Part shown: in pieces, positions 21,143-29,770 of the stretch
How positions within the stretch are numbered: the stretch's first letter is position 1
Layout of the letters: every line of letters starts with the position of its first letter
Origin: an uncultured Methanosarcinaceae archaeon
GTDB lineage: Archaea; Halobacteriota; Methanosarcinia; Methanosarcinales; Methanosarcinaceae
Reading direction: 5' to 3'
Assembly: GCA_963847185.1 (NCBI GenBank)
Contig: CAWJYV010000002.1
Location: forward strand, 111,472 to 175,471
Length of the DNA stretch: 64,000 nt
Translations under genes and position numbers: made by a program
Notes under the pieces: generated by a model
The model's database searches: none
What the model saw: only the letters and a program-made list of their open reading frames with translations
Told to the model about the DNA's origin: nothing

Positions 21143-21641
21143 ATGAATTTCGAATTGCGACAATGGGAAAAATCCGATGCTGAAAACTTTTTCAAATATT
21201 CCAGCAATATAAATATTGCAGAAAATATGAGAGATTCTTTTCCCTCTACTTTAGAAGATTGCAAAAAAATAGTTGAGAGCTTTAGCTGTAACGATGAAAT
21301 ACAACAATGCTGCCGGGCAATTGTTGTGAATGGAGAAGCTGTGGGATGTGTTGCCTTATTCATCAAAGAAGATGTTTACTGTAAGAGTGCAGAAATTGCA
21401 TACTGGCTTGGCGAACCATTCTGGGGTAAGGGAATTATGAGCAAAGCAATAAAACAGCTTTGTCAGATAGCTTTTGAACAGTATGATATTGTTCGGATAT
21501 TTGCAGAACCTTATGCACACTAATATAGGCTCAAGAAAAGCCCTTGAAAAAGCCGGATTTGTTTTAGAAGGCATAATGAAGAAAAGTGTTTACAAAAACG
21601 GCAGATTTTCTGATTATTGTATGTATGCTCTTGTGAGATGA
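21143..21641 (+). pseudogene. RimJ/RimL-type GNAT acetyltransferase, +1 frameshift near 21520
   Basis: AEIAYWLGEPFWGKGI in frame 1; continues NIGSRKALEKAGFVLEG...ALVR* in the +1 frame. Confidence 0.85.
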
Positions 21642-21807
21642 CTTCTTATTTCAGTAACATACGCAAGCCTGCACGGTCTCTTCAAGAATCCTCTTCTCTA
21701 TCCTGATTTTAGTATCAATTTCTATAATAATATCTACTTCATATCCAGTATATTTGAAAGATTCTCTCTGGACCCTTTAAACTCAAAGATCAGATGTTTT
21801 AGAGAAA

Positions 21808-21937
21808 ACAGTTGATGAAACTTGTATCAGGTCTAAAAGAGAATAACATCTGCATAAAGTTGAAAAGAACCGCATGCGTGGGCACGAGCATATACACCCG
21901 CTTATAACATTGAATAAACTATATTTTGCGACTTTTA
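21808..21937 (+). repeat. Degenerate duplicate of the fpoO 3' end and terminator
   Basis: Collinear with about 20848-20972 (TATCAGG..TAAAAGAGAA, GGGCACGAGCA..CACCCG, TTTTGCG.CTTT). Confidence 0.85.
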
Positions 21938-22301
21938 TTATTTCTAGTATAGCTCTCTATAGATTTACCCCTTTATTCCTTTTTTATTAATGATTTCTAT
22001 TTGAAGTTAATTGTTCTGTAAATCTCATTTCTTTACTGATCTGATCTCCAACTTTAGATGTGTCTATGTATAGATGAGTCAGTTTATTTTCCTATACAAT
22101 TTATAAATTTTTTTAATTATATATCAATATTTTGACAAACACTAGATGAAAAACAAAATACTTATCTATCGGTTTTACTTCTAAACTTTGGTTGATATCT
22201 TGATAGTTTCTATACTTATTTTTGTATATTAACTATAAAACTTATTTTTATATATACTGGAGTTCGTGAAGGCAAAAAGAAATCAATAAAAGAGGAATGG
22301 T

Positions 22302-24316
22302 ATGAAAAAAAGTTATAATACTAAAAATACTGAGTGTATGAAAAAAAGAATAGTGACATTAAGCAAGCTCCTTGTTCTATTTTTAATAGTTGGTTCGTCA
22401 ATAGCGATGGCAGATACGGGATCTTCGGAACAAGACAAATCATTAGATGTGCAGAAAAACGCTGTGGATCAGACTGCAGCATCTCCAAGTCTTGAATCTG
22501 CACCAGAAAATCCCGATTTTACCACTTACCAAAATAACAAGGCTTCCTTTCAAAGAGAAGAGTCCCTGGAAGGACACAAAGCAGGTGTAATACCCTCACC
22601 TGTGGACTTTAGTCACCTCAGCAGTGTTTCCACCATAAAAGCGTCCTTTCCAGCCTACTATGATTTGCGGACCTTAAACAAAGTAACTCCTGTGAAAGAT
22701 CAGGGAAATGCAGGGGCGTGTTGGGCATTTACAACCTATGGATCTTTGGAATCAGGTCTAAAGCCTGGGGAAACCTGGGACTTTTCAGAAAATAACATAA
22801 AAAACCTGCTTTCCTCTGCATATTCGGAAGGCTTTGACAGAGATGCCAATGGTGGAGCGACTCATTTACAGTCGACAGCTTACCTGGCCCGCTGGAGCGG
22901 ACCTGTGGATGAAAGCGATGACCCTTACGACCCTTCTTCAGTTACATCCCCTCAAAACCTGCCTGTAAAAAAACATGTACAAAAGGTGTTCCTTATTCCT
23001 AACAGACAGAATTCTCTGGACAATGATATCATAAAACAGGCAGTCCAGGACTACGGAGGCATCTATACCACAATGTACTATGGCAGCAGCTATTATTCTC
23101 CTGATACATATAGCTATTACTATAATGGAACTATTGTCCTTAACCACGCTGTAACCATTGTAGGCTGGAATGACTCGTATGATAAGAATAAATTCTCTAC
23201 AGTTCCACCAGGAGATGGAGCTTTTATCGTAAAAAATAGCTGGGGTACAGGCTGGGGTGACAACGGATACTTCTATGTTTCCTATTATGATTCAAAAATA
23301 GGAAAAGATAACGCAGTCTTTACTGCTGAAACCACTAGTAATTATGAAAATATCTATCAATACGATCCCCTTGGATGGGCCCCAGCTTAGGATACTCCAA
23401 CCCCACGGCCTGGTGTGCAAATATCTTTACTGCAAAATCTAACGAAGCTCTCAAAGCCGTAAGTTTCTATACTACAGACTCAAACTGCAATTATCAAATT
23501 TATATCTACACTGATCCATCATCCGGCCCCATAAATCAATCAGGTCCGGTCCTAACCAAGAGCGGGACAACTACTTTTGCAGGCTATAACACGATTCCCT
23601 TAGGTTCGGACATTCAGCTCACATCCGGTCAAAACTTTTCAATTGCACTGAAACTTACAAACTCCGCGTACACTTATCCGATTGCTGTAGAAATGCCTAT
23701 TTCGGCTTGGAGCAGTAAAGCAAAAGCAAACGCCGGAGAGAGCTTCATTAGTAGTAGCGGACAAACATGGGCAGATATCACATCATATACCAATTATCTG
23801 AACACAAATATGTGCATCAAGGCATTTACCGATCCAATAAACGCCACGCTTCCGGTTGCAAACTTCAGTAGCAATGTAAGTGAAGGCTATGCTCCGCTGA
23901 CTGTGCAGTTTACAGACTTATCTCAGTACGCAACTGGATGGAACTGGAATTTTGGAGATGGAGCTAATTCAATAGAGCAAAATCCAATCCACATTTATTC
24001 TGCAGCAGGAAACTATACCGTTGACCTGACAGTAAGCAATGCAAACGGTACAGCTTCAAAACTTGCTACTATAAATGTTTCCGCAAAAACAGTACTTCCT
24101 GTATTTCCTGGCTACACTAATCCACCTACAGATACGAACCATGATGGCTTATACGAGGATATCAATGGAAATGGAATGATAGACTTCGATGACGTTGTAG
24201 CGTACTATGATAATATGGACTGGATAGGAGAAAATACTCAGATTGATTTCTTTGATTATAATAAAAATAGTTTGATTGACTTTGATGATGTTGTAAAGCT
24301 TTATGATATGCTTTAA
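22302..24316 (+). pseudogene. Secreted papain-like (C1A) cysteine protease + lectin-like + PKD + C-terminal dockerin; -1 frameshift at about 23380
   Basis: Signal peptide, QGNAGACWAF, NHAVTIVGW, KNSWG; second frame continues SLGYSNPTAWCANIF to PKD (WNFGDG) and dockerin (DINGNGMIDFDD/DYNKNSLIDFDD). Confidence 0.88.
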
Positions 24317-24390
24317 AAAGACAGAAAATATCAGGCGTAAAAACATAAATATTAAACAGCCTCACTGGCGTACATATACGAAATATTGAG

Positions 24391-24412
24391 TAAAGCTGCA
24401 TTTGTAGCTTTA
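24391..24412 (+). terminator. Terminator hairpin of the fpoO type (also at 26448-26469 and 28390-28411)
   Basis: TAAAGCTGCATTTGTAGCTTTA followed by T-rich sequence. Confidence 0.7.
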
Positions 24413-24922
24413 TTCTCTTACTTTTTGAGAGCTTAGTTTTTATTTTTATTTATCTTTTAAAAAAGTCTATTGTTTGTTTATACTGTGGAATATAATCCAT
24501 AAATATTGTTTTTATAACTACGAAATTCCAGACTATCTTTATATCTTCATTTAGGCAAACGAATTTTTCACTATATTAATTGTGTAATTAGTTTGATTTT
24601 ATTCTCATATTTTGTCATCTCAGAATAAAAAAAGAAATAATTATTTTTTATTTACCGTTTTTCAATATTGGCCTTAATATCCAATTTATTAACTCTTTTT
24701 AAGCTTATTAAATACCTTAATATTTTTTCAATTTTTCTTATGTCTGAATGGATTAATATTTATGAATAAATTAGATTATATTTGATCTATATTGGGTATT
24801 TTTATCCATATCTTATATTGATAATTATAATTTTTTAATAAAAAGAAAAAGTCTAAATAATTCATGAATAATAATTACCATTATCTAACTAAAAAATAAA
24901 TGGAAGAAAAGGAGTAGGACAT

Positions 24923-26425
24923 ATGAAAGATAAAAGCGATTCATTTTCTTTAGCATTAGCTTCAATAGCCTTAGTTTTACTTTTAATTCTCGTATCATCT
25001 GCGGCATCTGCAGCTCCGCTAACGGTTACAGAAAGCCGAATCACCACCAGCGGATCAGCATCTAATCCTGATATCTACGATGGTAAGATAGTGTGGCAAG
25101 ATACTCGTAATGGTGGAAATCCAGATGTATACATGTACGATATTTCCACTAATGACAGAAACTCGAATCACCAAAAGTGGATCGGCAGTAGACCCTGCTA
25201 TCTACGGAAACATGATAGTATGGAGTGATGGGCGCAACGGAACATGAAGGATACGATATTTACACGTACGATCTCTCCACTAAAAAGGAAACTCGTATAA
25301 CCACCAACGGATCTTCGTCTAACCCTGATATCTACGGTAATAATATAGTGTGGAGTGGAGGTGGAATCTATCTCTACGATATATCTACTAAGAATGTAAC
25401 TACGATAGCTCAAGATTGGTACAATGACGACGAATTTGCGAGTTCCGGGCGTTATAATAGTAATCCTGTTATTTACGGAAACTGGATAGTGTACAATGGT
25501 AACGAGTACCAAGATATATTTAATCGTTACAGTATTTACTTATATGATCTATCCACTAAACGTGAAACTACGATAGCATATAGTGGAAATGATAGGCATT
25601 AGTATCCTTGATATCTACAATAATGAGATAGTATATTCAACAGTTGGATATGAGTCTGGAGTGGCTGGAGAATATATCTACATGTACCATATCTCCACTC
25701 AGAAAGAAACTCGCATAACCACAAGTGGATCTGCAGTAGATCTTGATATCTACGGAAACAGGATAGTATGGAGGGATTGGCGTAATGGATGGGATCATAT
25801 CCAAATCTACATGTACGATCTTTCTACTAACACAGAAACTCAAATTACCACGAGTGGATCGGCAGTAAACCCTGATATTTACGGCGACAGGATAGTGTGG
25901 CAGGATAGTCGCAACGGAGACTCCGATATTTACATGGTTACCCTTAATTACCCACTACTTCCAGTAGCAAGTTTCAGTACCAATTTAAGTGAAGGCTATG
26001 CTCCGCTGACGGTGCAGTTTACAGACTTATCTCAGTACGCAACCGGATGGAACTGGAATTTTGGAGATGGAGCAAATTCAATAGAGAAAAACCCAATCCA
26101 CATTTATTCTGCGGCAGGAAACTATACGGCTAACCTGACAGTAAGCAATGAAAACGGTACAGCTTCAAAGCTTGCTACAATAAATGTTTCAGCAAAAACA
26201 GTACTTCCTGTATTTCCGGGCTACACGAATCCACCTACAGATCCGAACCATGACGGCCTCTATGAGGATGTCAATGGAAATGGAATGATAGACTTCGATG
26301 ACGTTGTAGCGTACTATGATAATATGGATTGGATAGGGGAAAATACTCAGATTGGTTTCTTTGATTATAATAAAAATAGTTTAATTGACTTTGATGATGT
26401 TGTAAAGCTTTATGATATGCTTTAA
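24923..26425 (+). pseudogene. Secreted TolB-like/methanogen beta-propeller repeat + PKD + dockerin protein; three +1 frameshifts
   Basis: Repeats PDIYG..IVWQD.RNG..DIYMYDLST..ETRITT across three ORF fragments; shifts at about 25153, 25241 and 25590; identical-type dockerin tail. Confidence 0.88.
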
Positions 26426-27058
26426 AATTCTTATGGCAAACATTGAGTAAAGCTGCGTTTGTAGCTTTATTCTCTTACTTTTTGAGAACTTCGTTTTTAT
26501 TTTTATTTGTCTTTTAAATGAAGTCTATTTATAATTGTATAATTTGTTTCTACTGTGGAGTATACATCCATAAATATTATTTTTATATTTATGAAATTCC
26601 AGACTATTTTCATATCTTCATTAGGCAACACGAATTTTTCACTATATTAATTGTGTAATTAGTTTGATTTTATTCTCATATTTTGTCATTTCAGAATAAA
26701 AAAAGAAATAATTATCTATTAGTTTCATTTCTTAATAATGATCAGTACTTTAGATACTGAATGCGTGTTTTTAGATTTATACTGTTTGATAATCGTGAGT
26801 AGCAGATTCAATTCTGGTTGAATCTACTATGTAGAAATACCATAACTCAAGGATTTTGATGAGGATTTTGGAATAATTTGAAGAATGCGAGAATAGATTT
26901 CAAGATTTAAATGAAGAAAAGGCTGAAACTTCCTTGTCAGTTATCATGATCTGTGCTAAAAAACATTTGGGTAATACTTGAAATCATTACAATTCTCGAT
27001 ATTTTCGCAAAATCTGAAATTAATTGGTAACTTTTACTGAAATATTGAAGGGGATAGA

Positions 27059-28318
27059 ATGACTGTTCAAAGAAGAATACCTTGTATTGAAATTATATTC
27101 ATTTTGGCTCTTTTAATGCTGATAAATATCTCAGTTGCTACGCCTTTTGCATACATTACAAACCAGAACAGCGACACCGTTTCTGTAATTGACACTTCAA
27201 CTAATGCTGTTACAGCCACGATAAATGTGGAAAACGGCCCTCGTGGAATTGCCATCAGCCCTGATGGAAAAAAGGTATATGTGACAAATTCAGACAGCGA
27301 CAATGTCTCTATAATTGATACCTCTAAAAACATTGCTACAGCCACGGTGGATGTAGGAGACCGTCCTGAAGGAGTTGCAGTCGCACCGGATGGAAAAAAA
27401 GTATATGTGGCGAACACTGGTGCCAACGGCACTGGCAACACTGTCTCCATAATTGACACCGCAACAAATACCGTTACTGCCACTGTGAAGGTAGGTACCA
27501 ACCCTCGCGGAATTGCAGTCACTCCAGACGGATCAAAGGTATATGTAACGCAAGCTGTTTATTATTATGGAAATGGTAACAATGTCGATGTTATTGACAC
27601 AAAAACAAATACTGTTACAGCTTCTTTTACTATAAGTATGCTTCCTATTGGGATTGCAGTCAGCCCTGATGGAAAAAAGGTATATGTGACGAGCTTAGTT
27701 CAAGAAAGTGGGACTATTCCTAAATCAAGCGGCAAAGTCTCTGTGATTGACACCGCAACAAACAATGTTACAGCTAGAGTAAAGTTAGAAAGCGAACCTA
27801 GAGGAGTTACAGTCAGCCCTGATGGAACAAAAGTATATGTAGCTAATACCCTGAAAAGAACTGTCTCTGTAATTGACTCAACAACTAATGCTGTTACAGC
27901 CACTGTTAATGTAGGATATATGCCTTATGGAGTTTCAGTCACTCCAGATGGAAAAAAAGTATATGTGGCAAACTCTGGTAGTAACAATGTCTCCGTAATT
28001 GACACAACAACTAATGCTGTTTCAGCCACGGTTAATGTAGGAGATTATCCTATTGCCTTCGGTCAGTTTATAGGTTCCGTCTCAGTAAATCCAGTACTTC
28101 CTGTATTCCCGGGTTCTACTAATCCGCCGACAGACCCGGACCGGAATGGCCTTTATGAGGATGTAAACGGAAACGGAATGATAGATTTTGATGATGTTGT
28201 GACATATTATGATAACATGAACTGGATAGAAGAAAATACTCAGGTTGCTTTCTTTGATTATAACAAAAACACTTTAATTGATTTTGACGATGTTGTAAAG
28301 CTTTATGATATGCTTTAA
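27059..28318 (+). CDS. Secreted YVTN-type (YncE-like) beta-propeller + C-terminal dockerin; intact
   Basis: Signal peptide; about seven repeats PxGIAVSPDGKKVYVAN..VSVIDT; dockerin DVNGNGMIDFDD/DYNKNTLIDFDD. Confidence 0.92.
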   Translation: MTVQRRIPCIEIIFILALLMLINISVATPFAYITNQNSDTVSVIDTSTNAVTATINVENGPRGIAISPDGKKVYVTNSDSDNVSIIDTSKNIATATVDVGDRPEGVAVAPDGKKVYVANTGANGTGNTVSIIDTATNTVTATVKVGTNPRGIAVTPDGSKVYVTQAVYYYGNGNNVDVIDTKTNTVTASFTISMLPIGIAVSPDGKKVYVTSLVQESGTIPKSSGKVSVIDTATNNVTARVKLESEPRGVTVSPDGTKVYVANTLKRTVSVIDSTTNAVTATVNVGYMPYGVSVTPDGKKVYVANSGSNNVSVIDTTTNAVSATVNVGDYPIAFGQFIGSVSVNPVLPVFPGSTNPPTDPDRNGLYEDVNGNGMIDFDDVVTYYDNMNWIEENTQVAFFDYNKNTLIDFDDVVKLYDML

Positions 28319-29071
28319 AAAGACAGAAATGAGGCACAAAAAAGAAAATAATGAGCAGCATCACGGGCATACATATATTAGACATTGAGTAAAGCTGCGT
28401 TTGCAGCTTTATTTTATTATTTTTTGGAGATTTTTGCTTTATGTTTGCACCTTATCATCCATATATTGAAAATTTTTAATAATTTATTTTCTTTGAATAA
28501 TAAATGTCATAATATATTTTATATTATAGTTCTAAAATTCTATATTGAACACATGTCAGCGTATATATGCATGCTCTTTTTTCAAGATATAAATTTTTTA
28601 TTTATATATAAATCATTTCATATTTTTTCATATATAGATAAAAAACGAAACACTTATCTATTATTATTATTCCTTAACTATGTTCAGTACTTCAGATACT
28701 GTATCAATTTTTTTAGACATATACAATTTGATAATTCGTGAATATCAGAGCTTAAGTTGAGAATAGAAAATAATTGGTCATATAGGATTCACGGTTTAAT
28801 TGGAAAGTAATGGTACAGGCTTCTGGTTGGCTCTACAATCAGAAAATCTCAGTGACTCAAGGGGTTTCTAAGGAGTTTGATATGGTGCGAGAATTAAGAT
28901 TTTGAAGATTTAAGTGGTCAGGAGCTGGAGTTTTTCCCTTAATCATTATAATCTTTAGTGAAAAGATATTTGGCTAATATATGAAACTATCACGAGTACC
29001 AATATTTTGCTAACTATGGGTTTATTTAGAAAACTTTGCTGGAAGTTTTTGAAGAAGAAATATTTGAAGAA

Positions 29072-29757
29072 ATGAGTGAGAGAATAATAGTTTGTGTGGA
29101 ATAATTTTTATTTTAGCGCTATTAATGCCAATAGTATCTCATGCTCAGAGACATGTGGATAACATCATTAACGTACTAAGCGGTACTGCCTCTGTAATTG
29201 ACTTTGCAACAACACTGTTACAGTTATGGCGTGCAGAAAGTTATCCTTCTGCCTTCGAGTAGTTTATAGTTCCTCCCCCAGCACTAAAACCAGTAATTCC
29301 TGTAGCTAACTTCACCAGAGTGTTACTGAGGTAATATACCTCTCTTAGTCCAGTTTACGGATTCTCAAAGAACGCAATTGGTTGGGCCTGGAATTTTGGA
29401 GATGGAGCTAATTCAACCAAGCAGAATCCAGTACACATCTATTCTTTCGCAGAAAACTACACAGTTAACTGACAGTAAGCAATGAAAAAGGTACAGTTTC
29501 AAAGTTAGCTACAATAAACGCTTCAGCATAGCTAGCACTTTCTCTATTTCCTGGTTATTAGTAATCTACAACAAATCCGAGCCAGAATGGTCTCTATGAA
29601 GACATCAATCTAAATAGAACACTGGATTTCGATGATGTCGTGTCATATTGTGACAACGTGGATTGGATAGGGGAAATGCTCGGCTTGATTTCTATGATTA
29701 TAATAAAAAAAGTTAATTGATTTTGATGATGTTGTAAATCTTTATGATATGCTTTAA
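29072..29757 (+). pseudogene. Heavily decayed YVTN-PKD-dockerin paralog
   Basis: Remnants of signal peptide, SVID, PVANF, WNFGDG and the dockerin ending ...GATGATGTTGTAAATCTTTATGATATGCTTTAA; many indels and stops; upstream region paralogous to that of 27059. Confidence 0.85.
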
Positions 29758-29770
29758 GGAGACAGAAAAT

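Noticed and set aside
23388-23390. TAG in the protease gene as a pyrrolysine codon
   Set aside because: The homologous continuation (SLGYSNPTAW...) is in a different frame, so this is a frameshift and not amber read-through
23375-23390. Programmed -1 frameshift at GGGCCCC
   Set aside because: In-frame phasing (TGG GCC CCA) does not fit an X XXY YYZ slippery heptamer
28385-28741. 118-aa Phe/Ile/Tyr-rich ORF
   Set aside because: Lies over the repeated terminator and AT-rich spacer; composition is typical of a spurious ORF
22302-29757. Diversity-generating retroelement acting on the repeated C-termini
   Set aside because: No reverse transcriptase in the window, and differences between tails are not adenine-specific
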